Shown here piece after piece: positions 37,735 through 49,967 of a stretch of DNA of 64,000 nt; positions within the stretch are counted from its first letter, which is position 1, and each line of letters begins with the position of its first letter. The notes beneath the pieces were generated by a model that was not told the DNA's origin, made no database searches, and saw nothing but the letters and a program-made list of their open reading frames with translations. Source of the DNA: Bispira polyomma (Eukaryota); NCBI GenBank assembly GCA_965649765.1, contig OZ287750.1, forward strand, positions 23,126,001-23,190,000. The letters are read 5' to 3'. The translations under genes were made by a program, and so were the position numbers.

Positions 37735-38015
37735 AGGTACCTTCCAAAGCGCAACATTGACAGCACCTGCTGAGTGAAATAGTCTCCCTACTAGTCTTCG
37801 CAATGATACAAGGATTACAGGCTTCAGGAAAAAGCTCAAAACACATTTGTATAAACTCGCTTTTCTGCCTTAACTTTTATCTCCTGGTCACGACTGAACT
37901 CTGGTCACGGACCTTTTTCCCTGTTTTTTACGACTATTCCTTTGCTTAATGAATTGGATGTGCACTGCAGCTAGAGGATGCCTGGCCATCGATTGTGTAA
38001 AAATATTAACATTGA
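37735..38015 (+). mobile_element. L2 3' fragment
   Basis: Matches 36893-37150. Confidence 0.8.
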
Positions 38016-38774
38016 TAAACTATTAATCATGATCCTAATACATCGCCAATTTTGTCACCAGTAGATTTATTTAAACATATTTTTTTGTTTGGTGATAATA
38101 GTATGTATTAAAAAAAAAATTCCATAATAGACAGTACATGTATTTTTTATAAAAGAAAATAAAGTCTGAGAGCATGTACCTTTTTTGGTGATTAAAAGAC
38201 GGGATCGCCGTTGAATATAATGGAGATATATGCCATTCTTTGCGATACAGAAGAGCCCCTATCATTTTGGTGGTCGTACTGATGATGACTTCCTTCTGTC
38301 AATCAGTAATGATTGTTGGTTCTGGTTGTGGGTTTTTTTGCCCTTTAGAATTTGTTACAACATAAAATAAGTGCTAAAAAGGTCTGATATAATTATAATA
38401 ATATTATTCAAACACCTTGGGAGACTGATAATCTGTGTGGTTAATTGTATGTTCATAAAAAAGACGAGGCACTTCACTATAACGCCACAGGAAAATAAGA
38501 ATTTGAAACTAAGTTCAGAAAATTGAATATTCGGATAATAGAGGTGCATGTAATATACTGTAAAGCCTAAAATATCCTTTTCTGTTTGTATTGTATTTTG
38601 CATTTTTAACACATTTTATTGATAAGAGGCACCATCTAAAACGCAACAGCAGAATCAATTTACCAATCGAGAAGTCAAATTAAAATATTTTTTTGCACCT
38701 CCTGTCATCTGAACAAGATCTTGCTATTTCAGTTAGTTCGGATAGTAGAGGTTCTTGCTATGATCCATTTGTAG

Positions 38775-38927
38775 CTGTTTGCGGGTGGGGGCGAGGATTC
38801 CTACTTGGACTGTGCAGATGAGAACAGCTGTAACTGGATGATATTCGTGAGGCCGGCAAACAAACCTGAACATCAGAACATGGTGGCCTTCCAGTATCGA
38901 GGACAGATCTACTTTGTCTCCACTAAG
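38775..38927 (+). CDS. PLAG1: PR-PLAG coding exon 4 (PR/SET)
   Basis: LFAGGGEDSYLDCADENSCNWMIFVRPANKPEHQNMVAFQYRGQIYFVSTK; AG/GT, phase 0-0. Confidence 0.95.
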
Positions 38928-40628
38928 GTAGGTGTCATTGGGTGTTTTTGCAAATCTCCACTATTGCAAATATCCAGGGCACGTATTCTCCAAAAAAACT
39001 ACTGTATTTGGAAGAGGCTATTTAGAAGTTCCTGTTCACCTAAATTAACCTTGACTTTTCTGACTATTCATTTATAAGAGCTTTTATTGCTGAATTTAAA
39101 TATATACAGTCAAGTTTTACACAGCCTCACTCTAGCCAGAGTTATGGGCACCTCAGATTTTAACTTAAGTTTGACTTAAGGCTTTAGTAACATAAACACA
39201 AAAAACGATCCCGATAACCACGTTGTGTGTGCTTGAGCTTCTCAGAAACTGCACAAATTTTCCTTGGTGGCCTTAAACTTGATTTATAGATAACATATTT
39301 ACATTTTCATGGGTGGAAATGATAAAGAATGACATATATTTTAATTATATACTAATTCATATATTTTCGTATCATTTTAAGTGGTATCTTGAGACATAAA
39401 TACATATAGCAGTGTGTAATATTGTAACTAAAATGGGTAATATTTTTAAAGTACATGCTTTACAAACGTGACACAATTCATTTTCCAAGGAGGGATCAAT
39501 ACTGAAGTATTGTACATGACTAGAAAAAGGAAAACATCAGCAATATTTTGAATGAATTCGTTTTTTAAAAAAAGTACAAAAACGGGGATAATTTTAGAAA
39601 AACTTCAAAGTTACATTCTTCTAAATAGAAAGATATTTTGTATTCTTTGTTTATGTAACATAATAAGGCATATTTAAAAATGTAATTCATTCAAAACAAT
39701 ATACACATGTTTTAAAGTTGTGTAGTCTATATAATATCCTTATATATGCTGGATCAATACTTGTATTGTGTCAAAACAGAAAGGGCTCTCTGCGAGAAAT
39801 GTTTACAAATATGACGTTCTATGCAGAGTTTGAAACTGTGTGACGTCACAATACAAGAATCCTCGTATGGGTGTTTTTATGGTTTTTTAGCAAAGTATTG
39901 AAGTTTTAAATTGTCTGCACATATAAAAATAGTTAAAAACATATCTAAAGTGTCCTTTTAAAGCCATCATAGTTGTGATACAGAGTAGAAATGGCCATTC
40001 GTAAAGCATTATACTTTATCGCGACGTGTTTTTGTGTTTACGTTACTAACGCCTTAAACAAGAGATCTTTGGCCACTGGGGCAGTATTCACAAAATAGCC
40101 ATGACTTTGTCTTAGATCTAGTATACTTTTGTGCTAGGTTCAGGACAATGTCTAGACTAAGCCCTTTTGTGGATACCATCCCTGGGCCCGTATTCACGAA
40201 AGGACTCGGCCAAGTCTTAGGCTTTACTATAGTTATTAACAAAAATACCTCTTCTTTTGTATATGAACATTCTATTATTTAAACATATTCATTGTCACTC
40301 CCCCTAAAGTGTTCTAATAAGAGATACTGTACTGTGCATCTATGTATCTTATTTATTATAGTGGCATGCAACATACTTTACATTAATACGTACAATACAA
40401 AATAGCAAAACCAATCTTACCCAGCCTTTTGGTGGGCTTATATGTTGCAATTGTGTTTGACTAGTTAGTGTTTCTTAATAAATCCCTTTTGTTTATTCCA
40501 AGTACTTTCTACATATATTGTGAGTTCTTTTGGACAATACTGCATTAGTTTATAAATATCAAAGTCATGAAACCCTGGAAAAGTTTACTCATTTTATCGT
40601 ACTGTACAACTCTCTGTATTCACTGTAG

Positions 40629-40770
40629 GCTGTTGCCCCAGAGGAAGAGCTGAGGATCTGGTATGCCAAAGACTACGCAACACAGATGGGTGTGGATCTC
40701 CTGACGAGCTACGAAACTCCATCACCTCCCTCTCCCCCGTCACCATTCACAGCGAGTAACCTGCGTATAG
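40629..40770 (+). CDS. PLAG1: PR-PLAG coding exon 5 (end of PR/SET)
   Basis: AVAPEEELRIWYAKDYATQMG...; ELxxWY motif; phase 0-1. Confidence 0.92.
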
Positions 40771-41455
40771 GTAGGGGTCAGCATAACAAAAGTTGGAAGC
40801 TGCACATTACCTGACTTTTTACACATTGTCAAATAAACTTTTATAAATTTGGGCCCAAAGTCCCATACTCCTGTGAGTCGGCGGGTGATAGCGCTAATCG
40901 TCACAGCCTTACTCCTATTTGACCATATAAGGAAATTATTGTTCTTGTATTAGTGTATCATTAATTATTAATTTGATGCCGTCATTAGTGTTTAAAAACA
41001 TCTGTGTGAAAATGTTGATGTGCATCCAGACCCTTAATTGTGCATACAGACAAGCAAATTTCAAACCAAAACAAGTCAACATTTTCTAGGTAAAATAATA
41101 CAGAAAAAAATATAAGTACAAGATAAATATAGGTAAAGTAAAATATAGAGCAATGTTTCTTGTGCCATTGTTACAAGATTATACATTGTCTTAGCATTTA
41201 TTGGCAAAAAAATGTTTAAGAAATTCAGTGTAACCTCTATTTTTCTCAATTTCTGTTATCCAAATATTCGATTTTTTATGAATTCATTAAATACTTGGCA
41301 TTTTATTCACAGATTATCACTCTGCCAGTCTGTTCAGGTAATAGAGGTTCTACTATAATTGTATAATGTAATAAATTTATTTTCTGGCCAAGGTAAGTAA
41401 TTTAATGTAAACTTTGTTAAAATGATACCCCTGGAATTATTGTCTCTTTTTTTAG

Positions 41456-42944
41456 ATGAAGAGTTTTTAAAGCCCCCTACAAAAAAGAACAATAGATTGA
41501 GTGCAGAAAAAGGGAGGAAATATGTGATGGCCACAACTGAAGTTGCCGCAAAAGATGAACAAAGTGAAAACCTCATAACTTTAGCCAACATTGCCTTGGA
41601 TCCACCATCTTCAACCAGTTATACAGACCTGCAAACTGTGCAGTTCCCTTCTGTTAGTACCCCAGTACCTCTAGGTATTTTGTCTGTTCACCAAGGTGGT
41701 AGTCCCATGTCTGTACCACTAGTTACTACAGCTGCAGGAATCACACAGGTAGCATCAGGTAGTCAAGGTACGCTATCTCTACCACAAGGTATCACTTCTG
41801 TAGTGCCAACAGTAGCTCAAGTTTTACCATCATTACCTTCAGATAATGTGTCAGTAAACACACAAGTACCACAAGATTCTCAGTCTCTTTACACAACTTC
41901 AGTACCAGCTGGAAGTGTAGTGGTACCCCAAGCTACTGCATCACTGAACTCATTAGTACCACAAAGTACAACATCTCTACTGCAGATAGCTGTTTCAGTG
42001 CATCCAACCTCATTACCAACAGGTACTTTTTTACCGACACAAGGTACTCTGTCTGTGCCGCAAGGTACCTTTGCAGTACCATCAGACCATACTGCGGCTG
42101 TATATCAATCTGCAGCAATACAGAGTGCCAAGATAGACGATGCAGGAATTTTGACCATTGAAGAAAGCGCCATTGCTTCAGCTCCGACAACGTTAAACGT
42201 TGAAATATTGACTGATGAGGGAGGGGGGCCTATGATAAATCAGGTGCAGCTAAAGACTGCAATGAAAGACTCTTGGGAAAAAGGTGACATGATGGATAGT
42301 GAAAATGTTGAACTGACCATAGATGAATCTGATACCATTATTTTGACTTTAGACAGTGAGCCAGGTGCAGATCATGGGCTCAGTGATATAGATGATGCAG
42401 AAGTGGATGAATACATTGATACATCATCTGAAACTTGTAGTTATTGTGGGCAAAGCTTCCCGGCTCAAATCTATTCTAATCACGACTGTCCACGACAGAA
42501 GAAAGTGGGTCTGCGGAAAAGGAATATCACTAACAGGAGAATTGGCAAGGCTAAAGTGGATAATAAGCCCAAGAGAACTGCGAAACTCAAGTATGGACAA
42601 GCCAGAAAGCGCAGGGGATCGCTCACAATGGCAGTGAATAAGATGACAACAAAAAAAAGTTCAAAGAATGGAGGTAATGGTGAGGTTAACAGTCTGAATG
42701 AAGCAGATATTGTAGAGGCTTCTTCTGAAGGTGCTATTATTAACAATGACAATATGGTCCAAAGGGAAACCCAGAAATACCAGGACATCAGAAAGATCAA
42801 GGGCAGTAGGAAAAGGAAGTCGGGAGTCGTCAGAAAGAAGATACCACCTCCGTACTTTGAGTGTGACAGGTGTGAGATGATATTTAGTAGTCTAGACAAA
42901 CTACAAACCCACTTTTACTCCCACACAGGGGAAAAACCTTTTCT
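41456..42944 (+). CDS. PLAG1: PR-PLAG coding exon 6 (S/T/P/V-rich linker, basic clusters, zinc finger 1)
   Basis: Within the 508-aa ORF; TTTTTAG acceptor in phase 1; ends FECDRCEMIFSSLDKLQTHFYSHTGEKPF, CT|GTAAGT. Confidence 0.93.
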
Positions 42945-44974
42945 GTAAGTACTTCTGTGTTTTACTATGCATAGTCGATTTAACATGTAACGGTAGAACT
43001 TTGATTATCTAAGTACCTTGGGTCAGTGGTTCTGATATAAGGAATTGTTCATAAAATATAAGAGACATTGTACAATAAAAACAATAGGTAGGTGTACATT
43101 TTGGAAATTAAATAAATACATTCGAACATTCCTGTTATCAGAAATGGCACATAAAATAAAAAGTTTTAACAAGTGAATGACAGTTTGTCATATGTAGGAA
43201 AAACTACATTTAAAAATATTTAACAACTAGCCAACGTGACGTCCCTATCTGATAATAGAGGTTCGGATAATAGAGGTTCTACTGTATTTTCAATGGGTTA
43301 CTGTTTGTCAAAAATGTAAAGTTGAATGCCAGAGTATCTCTTTTCATTATTCACCCAGTTCTGTTGGTTGATTTGTTTGTCACTAGAATTACACACACAA
43401 AAACACAATTTTTTCATGACATTTGGTAGAAGAATGGGGCATAGGCCAAAGAACAATTCTTTAAATTTATGCAATGGATCTTGACAGAAGGACAGATTCT
43501 TATCTTATGACTAGGCTCTGTGGCCTTAGCATCTGTGATATAAAGGTGTGTACAGAGCTAATCTCAGAGGTGGATGGCATCTGTGCTATCTTTTTTGGTT
43601 CGAATATTGTGGCTGTATAGATGTCCCACAATGACTTTTATTCTGATACTGAGGTCAAGGTCTATTGAGATATTGACCTTTTTCCTTGTTGCCACCATAA
43701 AAATTAATGGACATCTATTTAAATTTTGATTTCATTGAACTTACAACATACAGCCAATTTGACCTCATTTTCAACGTGCAAGGTCAGCCATCTTGAATTT
43801 TGCATCTTTTTAAAAACTTTCTGTAGACTCCAAATAGAGTGATTTAAACCTCATTTTCGATTGGCAGGGTGTATTTTACGATATACGGCAACTTTTCCAA
43901 AATTTTACAATTGAGTGGGCCATCTTGAATTTCTCTGGAAAACAGTGTCTTAAGCTTTCTTTCGACGGGAATGTATTGCACACATTGAATTTCTGTGTCA
44001 TTATCGTCAAACAGCCTTTAGGGAAACTGCGCAGAATAATGCAACTTCTCAGATATCTTCAGGTTTAGGCGACCATCTTCTTCTGTTCGTTTGCATTGCC
44101 ATCTGGACATTTAAATTTTATACTTGCTGCAATAACCTTTTGTTCAACTCATCATATTGGTTTCTCGGGGAAGCATTGTTTTTTTCTTACAAAAGCGATT
44201 CTTTAGATTTAAAAAGCGTATTAACTGGTAAAACATTATATATTGTGCAGTTTTAAATGCTTGCTGAACAGAAAAAAATTAATCCATACAAAACACTAAT
44301 TCATACCAAAGTTACATAAAGTTTTAACAATGCCTTTTAAATACAATAAACACCGTAGCATTTCAATAATTAGCTTGATATTCCTGTTGCATAGATACAG
44401 GGAAGCTTTAGAATAATCAATCGAATAATACAACTGTTGTTTGTAGGCTCGGTTGTTCTATGGAACCCATGTAGTCAATAGGAGAACACTTAAACCTTAA
44501 TCTCTTTACATTTAATGGCATTGTATAAGTTTAAGGTGAGCAGCTAAGTGAGTAATGTGTAACTAATGAAGTAATCAGGTTATAAGTCGCAAACTATTAT
44601 TACTGGTAAGTTGATGTTTTGGTCTCATAAGTTGTGCAGTTTCTTTTTAAAATGCCACAACTTGTTCTATTTCCATAAAAGTACTGTCTACCAATTGGGT
44701 CATTTGGCCATGTGGCCCCCATAGGCCACTCCATTCTGTTCTTCTTGTCACTGTTGTGCCTTGTCTGAGCGCAGTCTAAGTTTCACAAGGTGTCAAAACT
44801 GCTGTTGGAAATTTGATTAAAAGAAATATAGTAAATTGAGTACATTTTGTGTGTTTAGTAAGATAATCTAAATTTCAAAACTGTACAGTTTTTGCTTCCT
44901 ATATAAATACTGCTCTAAGTATATCTCACATATATAGAATATTTATTTCCCAACTTGTTGTGTGGTTATAATAG

Positions 44975-45075
44975 GTGTCCCCATGAGGGTTGTGGAAAGT
45001 GCTTTGTGACTAAGTTTAAGTTGAAGCGGCATGTTACAACACATGGAGAAGGAGAAGTGTTTAGCTGTGCTTACT
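44975..45075 (+). CDS. PLAG1: PR-PLAG coding exon 7 (zinc finger 2 and start of finger 3)
   Basis: CPHEGCGKCFVTKFKLKRHVTTHGEGEVFSCAY; CX4C finger like PLAG1 F2 (CIQQDCTKAFVSKYKLQRH); phase 2-1 fits both neighbouring exons; absent from the ORF track. Confidence 0.92.
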
Positions 45076-45445
45076 GTGAGTAGAAGAACATGTACTATTG
45101 CTTCTGTAACATTTTTTCCTTGGCATTCAACCATTAAAAAAATCTATTTTTACATAAGATTGAAACTTATCTTCAAATTGTGATGTTTTGTTTACTGACG
45201 TTAGTATCATGAACGTATTATCATTGATAGTTTTACTCATTACATACAGATCACAATAAACTGAAAGTTTGAGTTAAAGTTGGTCAATACTGGATATAGT
45301 TCCTAATTTGCTAAACTGCTTACGTTTTATTACAGACCTTAAATTGAAAAATTTAACATCAACAGAATTTTTAATTAGTTAGACATTTGTTTAAAAGAAA
45401 CTCACTGCCTTGTTATATATACTAAAGTTAGTTTTTGAATTTCAG

Positions 45446-47154
45446 GTGATAAAACCTTTCGCAGGAAGGACCATTTGAAGAATCATCTGAAAGTACATGA
45501 TCCAAACAAGGACTTATACACCTGCGATATTTGCTTTAAGGAGTATGCATCTGTGTTTGCCTTTAAGACACACATGGCATTTCACAAGGCAGAGCAAGGA
45601 GAACTCCTGTGTTACGTGTGTTCCCAGGTGTTACCGAATAAAGAAGAACTCCTTCACCACTTGAAAGTCCATTCTGGGGCCAGATCAGTGAAAGACCCCG
45701 ATGCGAAGAAACACGCCTGTAGGTTTTGCGATAAAACATTCTACACAGCCAAGGATGTGCGGAGACATGCAGTTGTCCACACCAAGCAGAGAGAACACAT
45801 GTGCCACCTCTGTCCACGGAGATTCGGAAGGAAAGATCACTTGGTGAGACATATTCGTCTGGCCCATGGCAAAGATGTGCAAGATTCACTAAACATGGAA
45901 ATTCATGCCATAATGCCCCCGGTTATGAAAGTGACGAAGGAAAGCAAGAAGCAAGTGAAGAAGAAACAAAGAAACGTCAGTACAAAGAAGAAGCGGAACT
46001 CAGCCTCTACAGAAAATGGAGAGACTGGAGAAAGTTATAACCCTCCATCATTGGCCTCACTACAGAGTCAGCCAACTATAATACTACCACAAACCAAACT
46101 GGACAACTTGAACTACCAGCCTGAAACAGAGGAAGCAAACACAGACTATGTACTGGTTGAACCCAAAGCACAAGCCAGCTTTTTGCAGAGTCAACCTAAT
46201 TTCACGACCTCGCAGCAACAAGAAGCTCCCATACTGCAGCCAATAGCTAGAGTTCCAAATCTTACAACCCAGCCAACCGACCAGAACTTCATGGAGTTAC
46301 AGTTTATCATTGCTCAGAACTCCATGAACCTGCCCAAGACACAGCAGGTGGTACACCAGATGGCAGAGCAGACACTCGAACAAACTCAGACCATTGTTCA
46401 ACAAACAATTATATCAAAGAGCAAGACACAAAGAAAACCAAGGAAACAAAAGACGAAGGTAAAAGTCAGTACTACTCAGGGAAGTCTACAAGAGCCGCAA
46501 GCTATTCAGCAGGAAGCCACTCAGCCAGTCAGCATGCAACCATCAAGTTCGATAACTTTACCAAATGTCCAAAATATCTTCGAGAATCAGCCACAATTAT
46601 CAGCTCTTATAGGTGGCAGCAGCTTCAATTTGGATAACCTTAGCTTTTCAGGATTAACTTCTTTTAAGCCAAAGATACCATCTAAACAGACACAGGTTCA
46701 AGGTCATATTATCAGTAGAAACAGTGAAAGCCAGGTTAGTTTGAATACAAACCAAGACCAATTGACTAATGTATCGGGGCCAGTGTTTCCGGAATCTGCC
46801 ACAGCTATAAACAGTCAGCAACCGGCAAATATCTTAGAAGGGTCAAATATGCCACTGATATTCTCTATTAATCCAAGTAATATGGGAATGGCTGAGCAAC
46901 TTCAGTTTTATCAGTTTATTGCACCGGCAGACCCAGCCACCAACCAAACCGATCAGATCACAGAGAAGTCAAGTACTTTGGTGGTCAGTCAGCAGCAACA
47001 GGTAAACCAGACTCAACCGGTTGTTTCTGGTTACTCTGCACCAGTTCAAGTAACTAATGCTCAGTTTGAAGGGAATTTTCCACATAGTCTTGTTTCTCAT
47101 GATTCAGAAGCAGTCAGGCTATTTTTCCCAGACGAGCAAAACCCTGTTTTGTGA
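45446..47154 (+). CDS. PLAG1: PR-PLAG last exon (fingers 3-7 and Q/S/T/P-rich C-terminus)
   Basis: RKDHLKNHLKVHDPNK, FYTAKDVRRHAVVHT and RFGRKDHLVRH are PLAG1/PLAGL2 signatures; stop at 47152-47154; AATAAA at 47511. Confidence 0.95.
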
Positions 47155-48552
47155 TATTTAGCTTTTCTGTGTGCACTTTATTTTTGAAACGTGGAATTTA
47201 GCCGTAAAGACCTATTGTCGCTTGCAATTATATTTAGCAGTTGTATTTAGTACTGACAAAGTAGGTGGTTTAAGTTAGACCGATAACACTTAAAATTTTA
47301 CTTTTCCATTCTTTGAACTAGTTCAGATCTGGTTAAAATAGTTTTGTAATGTCTTTATTATAACATACTTCATGTAAATCTACAATTAAAACCTGGTACA
47401 CTCTTCTGAAGGAAGGCGATATCCCAGGCTTTTTTTATTTAATCATTTGATTTAAAATAACAGTTGTGAATGAGTCTGATAATATGAACATATGTTTTGA
47501 CCAAGTACATAATAAATATTTTTACGTGTTTGTTCTGTGCAATATACTATTAGATTTGTGAATCTTTTTTCAAATAGGATATCGAGATTTGTGATATACA
47601 AATATCCTACTAAAAGAAAAAAAAAAAGGATTGTGATTGGTAGATTTTACTTGTAAAATCTTATCATGTGGATTTTACGTTATTGTTATGTGATTGAGTT
47701 GGCTTTTTGGTTAATCATTAATTATTGAGGGTATATATGAATTCTTACAGAATACATGCAGATGGGTAATATATATACTATAATATGAAGTGTTTTTGTT
47801 TAAATATTTTCATAAATACATCTATTGCATTACTTGTGTGTATTTGTTTTACTACACAGTATTGTCAGTTACCTGTGAGTCCACTTTTTAGGGAAAGTCT
47901 GTAAATATACATATTGCAATATTTATCAATATATAAAGAGCTATTGCATGAGCATTTTAGAATTACATGGACCGACCAAATAGTAGGAAGTATAAAAATG
48001 ATGACCTTTGAAAAAAACCATTAAATCAGTTATAACAAGGTTCTAGCGACTATCGACATCATGAAGCTCAAAACTCCATACCAATAATAGAATTTGAAGA
48101 ACACCTACTACATACCTTCCTTCAGTAAATGTTAAAAAAACTGCCGCAATATACAAGTTAACCACACACTAATAAACTATGGTAAATATACCAGTTGATG
48201 GCATGCAGACAAGAAGCAAGATATTTCTGAATGCAACATACAATCCTATTTTTAGATTGCAACATCATTTTTAGAGTGCAACATCCTTGTTTTTTTGATG
48301 TCCTGTAAAAACAATTATATGTGTCAATTAAGAATGTTCATTTAACAGTACATGTCTTTTCATATTGTTTCATAAAAGTATAAGAGTCTCGCATTTGCTG
48401 CTGATGTTTCTCCCATACTTATTTTTTAGTGTATCAAATTTTAAGGGCGCTAGATTATATATGATAGTCTATATCAAAAAATCCTAATTGATAAAACCAA
48501 AAAAGTCAACAACAGAGGACTGGTAACCAAAAGACAACCATAGATTTTTATT

Positions 48553-49003
48553 TGATTTTGTTTTAACGTCGCTTTCAACACATTGTATAGGTTATATCAC
48601 GATGGGCAGTTTCAGTGCTGGAAGAAGCCATTGTATTCTAGTTGATCAAGATTCTACACTGGAAACTAGCGACTATCGACAAGTAACTTGAATTTGAATT
48701 TAGATATTTAATGTCCACTCTAGTACCTTTTAGTAGGTTATATTGGGACGGGTAGTTGGAAACGCTGGAGGAAACACTGCATACAGTCGGTCAAGGTTCT
48801 GCAGAGAAACCAGCGGCCCACAGTAAGGAACTACCACCTTTCCCACATAGGCATCGACGGGATTCGAACTCACACCGCCCAGAGGTGAGAGACCAGTGAT
48901 TGTGAAGCACAATGCTTGCTAACCCTATCGACAAGTAAGTGCCACTTAAAGCCTCGAATGAGATTCGAGGTGAGTGTGTTAGCAATGTGATACTGAGCCC
49001 CCC
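48553..49003 (-). mobile_element. Old SINE interrupted by a young 5'-truncated SINE (48687-48924)
   Basis: Inner copy nearly identical to the 22112 SINE but lacks the A box; TSD CTATCGACAAGTAA at 48673-48686 and 48925-48938. Confidence 0.88.
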
Positions 49004-49229
49004 AGAGAGGAAATGGATGTAAATCTATCAAAAGTACTTGGTTTAAACATATTTATTTAATTAATTGCCCATATTTAGTTGGTGTCTATTTATGTATAGT
49101 TTGAATGGACTTGTGCAACACAACCTCTATAGAGCAAGAAAATACCCATAGTACTCGCAGTGCAATTGGGCACTGATTAATGTGCTGTAACTTATAGAAA
49201 CAAATTTTGATTAATAAAATTTTAGTTAT

Positions 49230-49967
49230 AATAATAGAAGGCACTGGTTGTCCAAGTAGTTAGTAGGAGGACAGAAATGGGTCATGACGAGAAAGGCATC
49301 CTTAGAAGAAATTGGTTAAGATGGGGCGGAAAAGCCAGTCGGAACAGATGTGTCTTGAGTTTGCTCCTGAATTGATGAATATCTGTTAGGGATCTTATTC
49401 AGCTGGGAACTCCATTCATGTGGAACAGCAACTTGGTAACTGCGTCTACCCACCTGTCTATGTGGTCGGTTGGAGGACACATGCAGATAATCACTTACCA
49501 CGTGAGATTACTAGACTGAATCACCTGCCACTTGTGTAATTACTAGATTGACTAAGGGCGCGAAGGTAGGGAAATCGATGCAAATTTATGACCTTAACAG
49601 TGAGTAGATTATACTTGAAAATTGTTCGTTATTTATCAGGCAACAAATGGAGCTTTTCAAACTAAGAAGTAATGTGGGTTCTACAGCCCAGTTATAGGAC
49701 CGCTCGACAAAGTGCATGTTGGGGCATTCTGCAGCTTAGCCAGATTGGCTCTGCTATAACACCATAGAGAAAAGAGATGCAATAATCCAGGCGACTGCTG
49801 AGCATAGCGTTAGGAATCAAAATAGCAATGCCCTGATTGAGAAACCTACAGATTCTCTGCAAATCTCTGATATAATAGCAAGCATGGCAAATTTTAATTC
49901 CCTCAAAATAATATTGTATGTATGGGTCATTGGTTTTGACAGAAAAGCTAATGTCACGCTTCAACAT
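49230..49967 (-). mobile_element. Decayed L2-clade LINE fragment
   Basis: CHACYYIRDLQRI and SSRLDYC motifs with frameshifts. Confidence 0.75.

Noticed and set aside
41933-42899. Overlapping antisense and alternative-frame ORFs within the large PR-PLAG exons (also 45563-46040)
   Set aside because: Shadow ORFs of a real coding exon with no independent motifs
37583-47154. Calling the gene PRDM10 or PRDM15
   Set aside because: Only the PR domain resembles them; the finger number, spacing and signatures are those of PLAG
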